DNA of 64,000 nt. Source: Alphaproteobacteria bacterium. Lineage in GTDB: Bacteria > Pseudomonadota > Alphaproteobacteria > JAGOMX01. Below the pieces are notes generated by a model. That model saw only the letters and a program-made list of their open reading frames with translations, ran no database searches and had not been told where the DNA came from. A program made the translations under genes and the position numbers. Shown here in pieces: positions 27,218 to 37,524 of the stretch; the first letter of the stretch is position 1, and each line of letters starts with the position of its first letter. The stretch spans positions 9,818-73,817 of the forward strand of contig JBGSQK010000071.1 of NCBI GenBank assembly GCA_041738135.1, read 5' to 3'.

Positions 27218-28591
27218 CTAAACGCCCAAAAACAGAATCATCAACAACCGCAGCAACATAATCATACTAGGCAGCATTAAGGGTATGATCGTCCCTAGGC
27301 CAGTTGAAACATACTCTTGGAAAGCCATTTGTAGTGAAGATACATCTGAAACATCCAGATTTCTGCAATTAAAAAAGTATGGCTGGCTAACGCTTATAAA
27401 ACGACAGCAGGCATTAAGAGGGATATGTGATCTATTTTCCCACAAATTGAGACTTAATGCCGGTTCAGCTTTATACCCTGTTAAATGCAAATTATATACC
27501 TGATAAAAAATACACCCCACACAAGACATGACCATAGTGCCAAAAGCGCCCGTAAACTTGAAAAGAGGGCTTCCATACCAAGTCCGTTTTCTTTTAAGTT
27601 CATTATATGCGTCATGTACACTGTAAAGATCTGTATCTTCTTCTCCATACCAATAAGTTGTCCATGGAAGAAAGCGTTTGAATATTCTGCCCGTATCAAA
27701 AGCCCTCAAATGATCATACATGTTAACAACTATGTAAACTAAGGGAAGGTACAGCAATAACCTTTCTTTCACAAAAATATAAATGGATGTAGATAACAAT
27801 GCCTGTTGAACATCAGGAAAAAATAATTCCATAGGATTTAAACTTGGCTGCAACCCCAGGTAATAGACCGTTTGACAATTCAAGGGAATCAATACACCAT
27901 TGTAAGCAACCATCAATGTTATAATCATCGAACTTCCCCCTACTACCATAGATTCAGCGGTTGCAAACGCTGCCCTATAGCTATATGGAATCATTTGATA
28001 AGCAACTCTCAGAGAGAGCAGCTGGTCCAACAGATTATTGTTCAAAGGTACATTGTACCTTTTTGCTACAGCGATTATGCTATCGCGATCTACCCCAGTA
28101 CAATATCGTAAATTCCAACTAATCTTTATTGGTTCGGTGCAATCATGAACAGATTCAGGATGTAAATGCGGGTGATCCATCCAATGCTTAAAAAGTTCAA
28201 AATATTTGCACGGACGACTATCGTCTAAACTTTTGCCTGAATCATCCTTTTTCCACTCTGCCGGTGTGCAATCATAAACGCTGTTTTTTTGTCTATCAAG
28301 GTAAGCAGCATTCTGTAGCATATGACTTAATGCATCTTCAAAGCGCGAATCTTCTATAACAATTTGAGAAAAAAAATAATTTGTGGCTCGCAAAGCAAGC
28401 ATTGATTCAAAATCCGCATGCTCATGAACTATATTCATCCACAGCTCGGCAGGCAAATCTATCTCCTCAGGAAGGGGCTGTCGCAAGACTTTAACGGCAG
28501 CTTCAGGCTCGCCTGGATCACTTGCCTTGGCATTAAAACCCAAAAAACATATATATAGCGCTGCGAAGCACCGTAAGAAAGTAAAGTTCAT
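27218..28591 (-). CDS. F-box-like domain membrane protein
   Basis: 457 aa with signal peptide. LPAELWMNIVHEHADFESMLALRATNYFFSQIV fits the F-box pattern. The C-terminal half has several hydrophobic TM-like segments. Confidence 0.55.
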   Translation of the reverse strand: MNFTFLRCFAALYICFLGFNAKASDPGEPEAAVKVLRQPLPEEIDLPAELWMNIVHEHADFESMLALRATNYFFSQIVIEDSRFEDALSHMLQNAAYLDRQKNSVYDCTPAEWKKDDSGKSLDDSRPCKYFELFKHWMDHPHLHPESVHDCTEPIKISWNLRYCTGVDRDSIIAVAKRYNVPLNNNLLDQLLSLRVAYQMIPYSYRAAFATAESMVVGGSSMIITLMVAYNGVLIPLNCQTVYYLGLQPSLNPMELFFPDVQQALLSTSIYIFVKERLLLYLPLVYIVVNMYDHLRAFDTGRIFKRFLPWTTYWYGEEDTDLYSVHDAYNELKRKRTWYGSPLFKFTGAFGTMVMSCVGCIFYQVYNLHLTGYKAEPALSLNLWENRSHIPLNACCRFISVSQPYFFNCRNLDVSDVSSLQMAFQEYVSTGLGTIIPLMLPSMIMLLRLLMILFLGV

Positions 28592-28726
28592 TAGTTTTCC
28601 ATTTGGTTAAGTATCCTGTAGTTTTTTATAAGAAATTTGCCATAAACGCCACTAAAACATTACCGATTTTCTGGTCTTTTGGCGGTTTACATGCTATATT
28701 TCTTACATAATATAGAGGACCTTACC

Positions 28727-29314
28727 ATGGAAAAACTGCCAGATTATGTAGCTATTAAGAGCTTGCATGAGCATATCCCCGTGTTACGTACGCCTGCTAA
28801 AGAAATGTCTTTTCCTTTGTCTGATGAGGACAAGGAAATCTTGCGGCTTTTGGAGGCTAAGTTCGATGCGGAAGAAAATTGCGCCGGCCTTGCGGCCCCT
28901 CAGATTGGCTTTGGTAAAAAGGCGTTTGTATTTGCGGTATCAGATGACGAGCAACTGAAAAAATGGCGTACGGATCTGACGGATACTATGCCTAAAAGCC
29001 TATGGATCAATCCCTCTTACGAGGCTAACGGCCCAGAGCTAACCACAGATATGGAAGGTTGTTTTTCCGTGGATAACCTGGCCGGTCCTGTGATCAGGTA
29101 CCATTCCATCCGCTACAAGGCCTTTCTTCCAGATGGAACGGAAATCAATGGCATAGCCAACGGCTTTCTCGCTCGCGTCATTCAACATGAGACCGACCAC
29201 TTAAATGGCAGGCTTTGTATAGACTTGGTGAAGGAAGATCAGATTATTAAGGTCGACGAATACCGCAAAATGCGCGCAGAAGCCATGGCGGCTGAGGAAG
29301 AGTCTGGTAGTTAA
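28727..29314 (+). CDS. def: peptide deformylase
   Basis: All three motifs present: GLAAPQIG, EGCFSV, QHETDHLNG. ATG at 28727 after AGAGGA. Confidence 0.9.
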   Translation: MEKLPDYVAIKSLHEHIPVLRTPAKEMSFPLSDEDKEILRLLEAKFDAEENCAGLAAPQIGFGKKAFVFAVSDDEQLKKWRTDLTDTMPKSLWINPSYEANGPELTTDMEGCFSVDNLAGPVIRYHSIRYKAFLPDGTEINGIANGFLARVIQHETDHLNGRLCIDLVKEDQIIKVDEYRKMRAEAMAAEEESGS

Positions 29315-29353
29315 GCGTCAATTATTAATCCGGCAACAAAAGAGTTAACGCAA

Positions 29354-29474
29354 CCCACGTTATTGCGAACCCTCTTGGGGAGTGACACTTTTGTCTAGTC
29401 GTTATACATAAGTTTGCTGTAGCGGAAAAAGGTAATTGCCACATCCCCAAGAGGGGCTCGCAAGGACGAAATAG
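29354..29474. repeat. palindromic MITE/REP-like element, family A copy 3 (degenerate)
   Basis: CCCACGTTATTGCGAACCCTCTTGGGGAGTGACA ... ATTGCCACATCCCCAAGAGGGGCTCGCAAGGACGAAATAGG. Confidence 0.7.
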
Positions 29475-29530
29475 GTGTAAACTGTATTATTTCCTGATTT
29501 ATGCTGCCCCCTGCAATGTAAGCAGAACAT

Positions 29531-29562
29531 AAAAAAAGCAGGCCCCTGCAATGGAGCCTGCT
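29531..29562 (-). terminator. rho-independent terminator of the 29596..30879 gene
   Basis: The minus strand reads AGCAGGCTCCATTGCAGGGGCCTGCTTTTTTT. Confidence 0.7.
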
Positions 29563-29595
29563 GATAGATGTATTTAAGACGTTTTACGTTTTTAA

Positions 29596-30879
29596 TTAAC
29601 GACGAGCATAATTGGCTTGTTGTTGTGGTTTTTTCATTTCTTGACGACGGTTTTCTTCTTGACGACGGCGTTCTTCCTGGCGACGAAGTTCATATTCGCG
29701 TTCCTGCTGAGCTTGGTATTCTTGCTGTGCCAAATACCTTTGCTCTTCAAGAGCTTGACGCCTTGCTTGTTCTTCAAGCCTTAAGCGTTCAGCTTGAATA
29801 GTTAATAGGCGTAGCTGCTCTTCAGCGCGTGCGCGTGCTTGTCTCAAGTAAGAACCATGACGCTCAGCACGAGCCATGCGATAAGCAGCATTGTCCACGT
29901 AATTGAAATTATATGCCGGCGGTGCTGTTGGGCCATTGTCATCACCTTCAACCACTGGATCATGGATGCATGGCAGCTTGTACACAGCCTTAATGGTATC
30001 GACGCGGTCTCTTAGTACTTTCGAAGCCAGCCTTACCGCATGCAAATTACCTGATTGTGCCAAGATGCAATACATTACATCACGAGGCAGTTGACTCAGA
30101 AGAAGTTGATCTCCCATAGCAGCTTGCGCTTGATCTTCAGCTAGTTGGCGAACAATTTCAGCTCTGAGGGCTTGCTCGATGTGTTGCTGGCGTTCACGTT
30201 CAGCTGTTTCCGCACGAAGAATTTCAGCTTGACGAGCACGCTCTATTTCAGCGAGACGTTGCCGTTCTGCCGCTTGCAGACGATTTTGCTCCGCTTCCCA
30301 ACGTTGACGAACTAATCTCGATTGTTCCGCTTGAGCAGCTTGTAAGCGTTGAGCCTCAGCAGTGCGAGCTCTTTCTGCTTCCAGTTCTTGTCTTTGTTGC
30401 TCTTCTGCAGCTTGACGAGCTTGTTCTCTTTGCAGCAAAAGTGCATTTTCTGCTTGCATTTGACGCACTTGCTCTTCTGCACGCATACGATTTTCTTCTG
30501 TAGCTTGACGGCGTACTTCTTCTTCACGTATGCGGTTGGTTTCTAGTAAAAGCTGCTGAGCCTGTTGTTGTGCTCGGACGCGGGCTGCTTCTGCGTCTTG
30601 CTGAGCTTGGGTTCCCCACATGGCTTCAAGCATGAGCATTTGCTCATCTTCGCTTAAACCTGCAAGGTCCGCGTAATTAATAACGGGTTGAGGTTGCACC
30701 ACTGGTACAGGAATTGCGGCATCAGCTTGTTGGTCTGCACTGTATGCCGCGAAAATAGCTAATTGATCTTCCTCAGAAATATCAGCATAGGATGCATTGC
30801 AAAAATCTGTGGCAAGCAAGCTTAATACGGGTAGAATGTAGGCTGGTTTTATATACATGATATAATATTCTCCAAACAA
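29596..30879 (-). CDS. secreted Q/E/R/A-rich coiled-coil protein with internal F-box-like motif
   Basis: 427 aa. Signal-like MYIKPAYILPVLSLLATDFCNASYA. LSQLPRDVMYCILAQSGNLHAVRLASKVLRDRV is flanked on both sides by long EEQ/RQA helices. Confidence 0.55.
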   Translation of the reverse strand: MFGEYYIMYIKPAYILPVLSLLATDFCNASYADISEEDQLAIFAAYSADQQADAAIPVPVVQPQPVINYADLAGLSEDEQMLMLEAMWGTQAQQDAEAARVRAQQQAQQLLLETNRIREEEVRRQATEENRMRAEEQVRQMQAENALLLQREQARQAAEEQQRQELEAERARTAEAQRLQAAQAEQSRLVRQRWEAEQNRLQAAERQRLAEIERARQAEILRAETAERERQQHIEQALRAEIVRQLAEDQAQAAMGDQLLLSQLPRDVMYCILAQSGNLHAVRLASKVLRDRVDTIKAVYKLPCIHDPVVEGDDNGPTAPPAYNFNYVDNAAYRMARAERHGSYLRQARARAEEQLRLLTIQAERLRLEEQARRQALEEQRYLAQQEYQAQQEREYELRRQEERRRQEENRRQEMKKPQQQANYARR

Positions 30880-31018
30880 ATAAGTTGTACTTAACGTATT
30901 TTTGTTTACGTTTAACCACTGGAATTGTCAAGGTAATTTTGACATAAGAGGTCTTGACACAATCGGGAGAAATATTGTATAAACCACACACTACATTGAT
31001 AACATTAGGAGAATTAAT

Positions 31019-31495
31019 ATGAAGAAATTTATCGCACCAATAATGCTGGCAGGCATGGTACTGTCATCACAGGCTAACGCAAGTCTTAATATTACTGAAT
31101 ATACGGGGGCAAGAAACACTCTATCCTCGCGTATGAATCATGACGATGCTCATTCACCGGCCGTATACACCAGCAACAAGACATACCTCGAGTTGCTTCA
31201 ACAAGCTGCTGCTAGCACATTAAACCTGGAAAACTATGATTTCTACATGGCTGTAGTCAATACGTTCAGCAGAAGAGCAAGCGGTGAAACGCTGAAGTTT
31301 AACTCTGGTCAATATCATCAGTTTATCGCATTATGTGATCGGGTGAATGCCTATAAATTCACTGGAAACGTAAGTATGACAGCTGAAGCTAGAAAAACTT
31401 TCCGTACTGTTCAAGAAGCAACTGATTACGACCTAGACTACGCAATAGCAACAGTCAGAAGAGAAGCGTACACGGCTAAAGAAAACGGTAAATAA
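31019..31495 (+). CDS. secreted hypothetical protein
   Basis: 158 aa. Signal peptide MKKFIAPIMLAGMVLSSQANA, preceded by AGGAGA. Confidence 0.5.
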   Translation: MKKFIAPIMLAGMVLSSQANASLNITEYTGARNTLSSRMNHDDAHSPAVYTSNKTYLELLQQAAASTLNLENYDFYMAVVNTFSRRASGETLKFNSGQYHQFIALCDRVNAYKFTGNVSMTAEARKTFRTVQEATDYDLDYAIATVRREAYTAKENGK

Positions 31496-31521
31496 TATTA
31501 ACAAGACTTAAGATCCATATG

Positions 31522-31548
31522 AATAGCGCCCTTGTGGCGCTATTTTAT
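31522..31548 (+). terminator. rho-independent terminator
   Basis: ATAGCGCC-CTTGT-GGCGCTAT followed by TTTAT. Confidence 0.65.
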
Positions 31549-31761
31549 TGCCCGCACAGTGACTCCTGCATATTAATTCTCGGAACTGGTATAAACCTCC
31601 CCCAACTCTCTTACCGTCTCTATACTAGTTACTGATATGGCCTCATCTATAGAATAATTCCGCGCTCCATAAATTAACCATGAAATCGTGTTATCTAATT
31701 TAATAATTGCATGGTATTTTTTGCATGTAAATGGGAAAGAATTGACCTGATAGACCCTACT

Positions 31762-33165
31762 TTAAGCATGTATAACCCGGGCACCTGCAGCGAGCGCTGC
31801 TTCTTTTACAGCTTCGTTCAATGCGGGATGCGCGTGGCACGTGCGGGCGATGTCTTCTGAGGAGGCGCCAAATTCCATGGCTAGGACTGCTTCGGCAATG
31901 AGTGTACCTGCTTCGGGGCCTATGATGTGCACGCCTAGGACTTTGTCGGTGCGTTTGTCTGCCAATATCTTGACAAATCCTTCCGTATCACCATTGGCTT
32001 TGGCTCGGCTGTTGGCGCTGAAGGGGAACTTGCCTACCACGTACTCTAAGCCTTCTTGCTTTAGTTGTTCTTCTGTTTTACCGACGGTTGCCACCTCCGG
32101 ATGGGTATAAACGACTCCTGGAATGGCATCATAGTTCACGTGTCCGCTTTTGCCGGCGATAATTTCTGCTACTGCAACGCCCTCTTCCTCACCTTTGTGA
32201 GCCAGCATGGGGCCACGGATAACGTCGCCAATGGCGTATATGCCTGGTATGTTGGTTTTGAAATGATCATCCACTTCCACCCGACCCGCTTGATCCATTT
32301 TTACGCCCAGCTCCTCTAAACCGAGACCTTGGGTATAAGGACGGCGTCCTGCTGAAACCAACAATACGTCGCAATCCATGGTTTCTTGTTTACCGCCGTC
32401 ACGGGCTTCCAGACCTAATGTTAATTTGAGCAGACCTGGCTCAACCTTTGTTACCTTGGTGCCGAGCTTAAATTCCATGCCTTGTTTTTCAAGGATCTTC
32501 TTAAAGGCCTTGCCTACTTCATCGTCCATGGCTGGTACAATTTTGTCCAAGAATTCCACAACCGTGACCTTTGACCCCAAACGTTGCCAGACAGATCCCA
32601 TTTCCAGGCCAATATAACCGCCGCCGATTACCACCAGATGTTCAGGCACCTTTTCTAGGGAGAGCGCGCCCGTAGAGCTCACCACTCTCTTCTCATCTAT
32701 GGTTATTCCAGGCAAAGTAGTGGGTTCTGAGCCTGTGGCGATGATAATATGCTCTGCACTCACAGTGGTTTCTTCATCACCCTTGATGATAACTTTTTTA
32801 CCAGCCTCTATATGCGCAAAACCTTTGAGCCATGTGATTTTGTTCTTTTTGAAGAGGAATTCAATGCCTTTTGTGAGGTCTTCTACCACGCTCAACTTGC
32901 GTTGCAACATGGTTGGCAGATCCAGTTCGACGCCACTGGCTTTGATACCAAATCTTTCCAGATCATGCTTCGCTTGTTCGTAAAGGAAAGATGCTTGCAA
33001 TAAGGCTTTAGAAGGTATACAACCCACATTCAAACAGGTGCCGCCCAATGTCTTACGTGAGTCCACACAAGCCACATTAAAGCCCAATTGCGCCGCCCGA
33101 ATGGCACACACGTAACCCGCAGGTCCGCTTCCGATAACGATAACGTCAAATTTTAACTCAGCCAT
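31762..33165 (-). CDS. lpdA: dihydrolipoyl dehydrogenase (E3)
   Basis: 467 aa. FAD fold VIVIGSGPAGY, redox-active GGTCLNVGCIPSK, C-terminal HAHPALNE. Confidence 0.95.
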   Translation of the reverse strand: MAELKFDVIVIGSGPAGYVCAIRAAQLGFNVACVDSRKTLGGTCLNVGCIPSKALLQASFLYEQAKHDLERFGIKASGVELDLPTMLQRKLSVVEDLTKGIEFLFKKNKITWLKGFAHIEAGKKVIIKGDEETTVSAEHIIIATGSEPTTLPGITIDEKRVVSSTGALSLEKVPEHLVVIGGGYIGLEMGSVWQRLGSKVTVVEFLDKIVPAMDDEVGKAFKKILEKQGMEFKLGTKVTKVEPGLLKLTLGLEARDGGKQETMDCDVLLVSAGRRPYTQGLGLEELGVKMDQAGRVEVDDHFKTNIPGIYAIGDVIRGPMLAHKGEEEGVAVAEIIAGKSGHVNYDAIPGVVYTHPEVATVGKTEEQLKQEGLEYVVGKFPFSANSRAKANGDTEGFVKILADKRTDKVLGVHIIGPEAGTLIAEAVLAMEFGASSEDIARTCHAHPALNEAVKEAALAAGARVIHA

Positions 33166-33225
33166 GGTGTTACCTTGCTTTTTATTTTCATGTTTTTAAT
33201 TTTAACTTATATGCAATCGCCCCTC

Positions 33226-33348
33226 GTGTCATCCCCGCGAAGGCGGGGATCCAGCATAAGAAGTGGAGCAACGCGACTCAAAATAGTCTATATTGCAGCA
33301 GCTCCGCTGCACTTTTGCGCTGGATCCCCGCCTTCGCGGGGATGACAC
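33226..33348. repeat. palindromic MITE/REP-like element, family B copy 2
   Basis: GTGTCATCCCCGCGAAGGCGGGGATCCAGC ... GCTGGATCCCCGCCTTCGCGGGGATGACAC. Sits in the sucB-lpdA spacer. Confidence 0.88.
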
Positions 33349-33385
33349 TCGTAATACTGCAAATTCTAACGCTTCCGTTTACAGA

Positions 33386-34666
33386 TCACACATTCAGCAG
33401 CATCCGCTCAGGGTCTTCAATGCAATCCTTAATACGCACCAAGAATGTCACAGCTTGTTTGCCATCGATGATGCGATGGTCATAGGACATGGCCAGGTAC
33501 ATCATGGGACGGATTTCAATTTTATCGTTAATCACCACAGGCCGCTTTTCGGTCTTATGCATACCCAATATGGCGGACTGTGGAGGATTCAAGATAGGAG
33601 TGGACATCAATGAGCCATAAACACCGCCGTTGGATATGGTAAACGTACCACCGGACATGTCTTCAACGGACAACTTACCTTCGCGGGCTTTAACTGCATA
33701 ATCGGCGATGTCTTGTTCGATCTGAGCAAAGGACTTCTGGTCCGCATCACGTACAACGGGCACCACCAATCCTTGAGGCGCGCCGACGGCAACACCGATA
33801 TCATAGTAATGTTTATAGATAAAGTCTGTGCCATCAATGGATGCATTGACCTCAGGAATCTCTTTTAATGCTTCCACACATGCTTTAACAAAGAACGACA
33901 TAAAACCAAGCTTAATGCCGTGCTTTTGTTCAAACTTGTCTTTCAAACGATTGCGCATGTCCATTACGGCTGTCATATCAACCTCGTTAAAGGTTGTCAG
34001 CATGGCGGCCGTTTGCTGGGCATCCTTAAGACGCTTGGCAATAGTCTGACGCAAACGGGACATGGCCACGCGCTCTTCACGAACGCCGTTGTCTTGTTGG
34101 ACCACTGTTTTGACGGCCGTCTGTTGCACGGGAGCCTTTGCGGCAACTGGCTCTTGGGCTACAGCTGGAGTCTTGGCTAAAAAGTTCAGCACATCTTCTT
34201 TTGTTATACGACCATCTTTACCAGTGGCTGGAATCAAACTGGCATCTAATTTTTCTTCGCTCACAATGCGCCTTACGGCTGGAGATAATGGCTGTGCTGG
34301 TTTTGCAGCTGTTACAGGCTCAGCAACCACTTGTGGTTGAGATGCAGGAGCCGCTGGTTCAGTAACCACTTGTGGTTCAGATACAGGAGCTGCGGGAGCC
34401 TCTGGTTTGGCTGCAGCTTCACCTGCTTCCACCATACCTAGCAGATCGCCAACTTCTACAGTTGCTCCTTCTGCCACCTTAATATCCAGTAATACACCCG
34501 TAAAAGGGGCATTGACCTCGACGGTTACCTTGTCGGTTTCCAGTTCCACCAAAGTCTCGTCCTCAACGATTGCATCACCTGGCTGCTTTAGCCATTTTGC
34601 AACGGTTGCTTCCGTAACTGATTCGCCTAGTGCTGGTACTACTAATGCTTCTGCCGCTTTTGCCAT
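33386..34666 (-). CDS. sucB: 2-oxoglutarate dehydrogenase E2, dihydrolipoyllysine succinyltransferase
   Basis: 426 aa. Lipoyl domain ([13 protein letters not shown]), Ala/Pro linker, catalytic SYDHRIIDG. Confidence 0.95.
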   Translation of the reverse strand: MAKAAEALVVPALGESVTEATVAKWLKQPGDAIVEDETLVELETDKVTVEVNAPFTGVLLDIKVAEGATVEVGDLLGMVEAGEAAAKPEAPAAPVSEPQVVTEPAAPASQPQVVAEPVTAAKPAQPLSPAVRRIVSEEKLDASLIPATGKDGRITKEDVLNFLAKTPAVAQEPVAAKAPVQQTAVKTVVQQDNGVREERVAMSRLRQTIAKRLKDAQQTAAMLTTFNEVDMTAVMDMRNRLKDKFEQKHGIKLGFMSFFVKACVEALKEIPEVNASIDGTDFIYKHYYDIGVAVGAPQGLVVPVVRDADQKSFAQIEQDIADYAVKAREGKLSVEDMSGGTFTISNGGVYGSLMSTPILNPPQSAILGMHKTEKRPVVINDKIEIRPMMYLAMSYDHRIIDGKQAVTFLVRIKDCIEDPERMLLNV

Positions 34667-34695
34667 TTATTCCTCTGATTTTTTATAACGGTAGC

Positions 34696-37524
34696 TTAAT
34701 CCATACTCAACGCACGATCAACCAACTCTTTTTGAACCTTCTCATGTTTTTTTGCAAAGCCTGTGGCCGTGGCAGCAGCTGCCGGCCTGCCCAAATAATG
34801 CGGACGACTTGTTTCCATGCCGATGTTTGTGATCACTTTTTCAATGCGATGATCAATAAACTGCCAAGCTCCCATGTTTTCAGGCTCTTCCTGACACCAG
34901 ACCACCTCATGGGCATTCCGGTAATTCAACAAGATTTGGGTGAGCAGATCGTCAGGGAACGGATAGAGCTGCTCAATACGAATGATTGCAATATCTTTAA
35001 TCTGGCGTTCCATACGTTCTGCAAGCAGATCATAATAGACCTTACCTGTACACAAAATAACCCGTCGCACATTTTTGTTTGATCGAACTGCCGCATCCAC
35101 ATCATCGTAGACGCGATGGAATTGGCTACCAGGCCCCATATCTGACAGATTTGAAACGGCCAACTTATGACGCAGCAATGCTTTGGGAGTAAAAACAATC
35201 AAAGGTTTACGGATATTGCGCCTCAGCTGTCTGCGCAGTACATGGAAATAGTTTGCTGGTGTTGTGCAGTTGACCACCTGCCAGTTATATTCCGCAGACA
35301 TTTGCAAAAAACGTTCTGGCCGAGCGGACGAGTGCTCTGGCCCCTGCCCTTCATAGCCGTGAGGCAATAGCATGACCAAACCGGACATGCGTAACCACTT
35401 GGCTTCGCCGGAACAAATAAATTGATCGGTAATCACTTGTGCGCCATTGGTGAAGTCACCAAACTGTGCTTCCCATAGCACAAGGCTATGGGGATTCGTT
35501 AATGAATAACCATATTCAAAGCCCAACACAGAAGCTTCTGACAAAGGACTATCCAACACTTCAAAGTACGCCTGTCCTTCTTGCACATGGTTCAAAGGGA
35601 CATAGCGAGCTTCGTTTTTTTGATCGATAAACACAGCGTGCCGTTGGGAAAATGTACCACGGCAACTGTCTTGACCTGAAAGCCTTACGGGGCTGCCTTC
35701 ACACAACAACGTACCGAATGCTAAAGCCTCAGCCGTTGCCCAATCAATATTTTGGCCCGTATCAAGCCTCTCGCGCTTTTCTTTAAGCACACGATCAAGA
35801 CGTTTATGCGTTTCAAAACCAACCGGAATTCTAGTCAATGCTTGGCTTACGGCTTGCAGCATTTCCATGGACACTACCGTATCTTCTTCGTGCTTGGCCT
35901 CATCACCCACATCAAAGCCTGCCCACAAGCCATCCAGCCAATCGGCTTTTTGAGGTTTGTAAGTTTCAGCTTGCACAAATTCATCCTTCAAGTAATCACT
36001 GTATTTCTTTTCAAGCTCTTCAGCTTGCACAGCGTCCAATACGCCTGCTTCTATAAGATATTGCTTAAACTTATCCTTGACACAAACTTGCTTGGCAATA
36101 GCCTCATACATGAGCGGCTGGGTAAACGCTGGCTCGTCCATTTCGTTGTGTCCATACTTGCGATAGCAGAACATATCGATGACCACGTCCTTTTTGAATT
36201 TCTGCCTGAAATCCATGGATAGTTTGGACACATAAGCCACAGCCTCAGGATCGTCGCCATTCACATGGAATATGGGCGCCTGGATCATTTTGGCCACATC
36301 AGAACAATAAGGAGACGAGCGTGAATGCTTCGGACTAGTGGTAAAACCGATTTGGTTGTTGATGATAAGATGAAGCGTTCCGCCTACCCTATATCCAGGA
36401 AGCTCTGAAAGACTTAAGGTCTCAGCAACCAAGCCTTGTCCGGCAAAGGCTGCATCACCATGAATCAACAACCCCATGGCAAAATCATGTCCGCGCAAGC
36501 CGTGATTTCTTTGCTTCGCACGAACCTTTCCCACTACTACCGGATCAGCCGCTTCTAAGTGCGATGGGTTGGCTGTTAAGGATACATGCATGGTATGACC
36601 ATCAATCTCGCGATTGCTGGAACAGCCCAAGTGGTATTTAACGTCGCCAGAACCTTGCACATCTTCAGGGTTGGATGAACCACCTTCAAATTCCGAGAAT
36701 ATGGCGCGGATCGGTTTGCCAATCACGTTGGCCAAAACGTTCAAACGACCACGATGGGCCATGCCAAACACCATATCTTTGATGCCATGACGTGAGGCTT
36801 GTATCAATATCTGTTCTAAAGCAGGGATAGCGCTTTCGCTGCCATCCAAACCAAAACGCTTGGCTCCTGGGAACTTCACATGCAAGAACTTCTCGAATTG
36901 ATCACCACGGATCAAGTCATAAAATATGCTTTTCTTATCTTCATTGCTCAGCGCGTAACGTTCATCCAGGTTTTCAATGTGCTCACGGATCCACTGCTTT
37001 TGATCTGGATCTTGAATGTGCATGTATTCCACACCAATGGTGCTGGTATAAATCTTTTGCAAAAGATCATAGATCTCTCTTAAAGTCGCAGATTGCCTAT
37101 GCAACGCGCCACCTAAAAAGATCGGGCGGTCAAAATCATTTTCCGTAAAGCCATAGGTGAAAGGATCCAGTTCCTTTTGATATTCACGCTTTTCCATGTT
37201 TAACGGATCAAGCTTCGCCAATAAATGTCCACGTACCTGATAGGAACGAATAAACATGGCAACGCGAGTGGCGTCTTCTAAGGCTTGGGATTGATCTACC
37301 GCAGGCGCTTTTTCCGATTGAACAACTTCTTGAAGCACAGCTTTTGCACCCTCATCCATGTTGTTAAAAACCTGCGCCCAGCTGCTATCAACGCTGCCAG
37401 GATCCTGCTGGAATTTGGAGTATAAATCCGCCAAATACAAGGCATTCTGACCATGTAGATAGGACGGTGACTCAGACGAATTAGACATGTGCGCCTCAAA
37501 TGATTTCAATGCTTTTTGTGTCAT
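34696..37524 (-). CDS. sucA: 2-oxoglutarate dehydrogenase E1 component
   Basis: 942 aa. ThDP-binding region (HGDAAFAGQG), full-length SucA architecture, upstream of sucB. Confidence 0.96.
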   Translation of the reverse strand: MTQKALKSFEAHMSNSSESPSYLHGQNALYLADLYSKFQQDPGSVDSSWAQVFNNMDEGAKAVLQEVVQSEKAPAVDQSQALEDATRVAMFIRSYQVRGHLLAKLDPLNMEKREYQKELDPFTYGFTENDFDRPIFLGGALHRQSATLREIYDLLQKIYTSTIGVEYMHIQDPDQKQWIREHIENLDERYALSNEDKKSIFYDLIRGDQFEKFLHVKFPGAKRFGLDGSESAIPALEQILIQASRHGIKDMVFGMAHRGRLNVLANVIGKPIRAIFSEFEGGSSNPEDVQGSGDVKYHLGCSSNREIDGHTMHVSLTANPSHLEAADPVVVGKVRAKQRNHGLRGHDFAMGLLIHGDAAFAGQGLVAETLSLSELPGYRVGGTLHLIINNQIGFTTSPKHSRSSPYCSDVAKMIQAPIFHVNGDDPEAVAYVSKLSMDFRQKFKKDVVIDMFCYRKYGHNEMDEPAFTQPLMYEAIAKQVCVKDKFKQYLIEAGVLDAVQAEELEKKYSDYLKDEFVQAETYKPQKADWLDGLWAGFDVGDEAKHEEDTVVSMEMLQAVSQALTRIPVGFETHKRLDRVLKEKRERLDTGQNIDWATAEALAFGTLLCEGSPVRLSGQDSCRGTFSQRHAVFIDQKNEARYVPLNHVQEGQAYFEVLDSPLSEASVLGFEYGYSLTNPHSLVLWEAQFGDFTNGAQVITDQFICSGEAKWLRMSGLVMLLPHGYEGQGPEHSSARPERFLQMSAEYNWQVVNCTTPANYFHVLRRQLRRNIRKPLIVFTPKALLRHKLAVSNLSDMGPGSQFHRVYDDVDAAVRSNKNVRRVILCTGKVYYDLLAERMERQIKDIAIIRIEQLYPFPDDLLTQILLNYRNAHEVVWCQEEPENMGAWQFIDHRIEKVITNIGMETSRPHYLGRPAAAATATGFAKKHEKVQKELVDRALSMD

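Noticed and set aside
30650-30800. UIM-like acidic stretches (SEEDQLAIFAAYSADQQ, SEDEQMLMLEAMWG) at the N-terminus of the 29596..30879 protein
   Set aside because: The spacing does not fit the UIM consensus (acidic-x-hydrophobic-x-x-Ala-x-x-x-Ser) in any register I tried.
33607-36260. Multiple 60-160-aa ORFs on either strand inside sucB and sucA (e.g. 33828..34049, 34062..34340, 34407..34688, 35752..36222)
   Set aside because: They are fully embedded in confidently identified, full-length sucA/sucB reading frames. No independent signals were seen.
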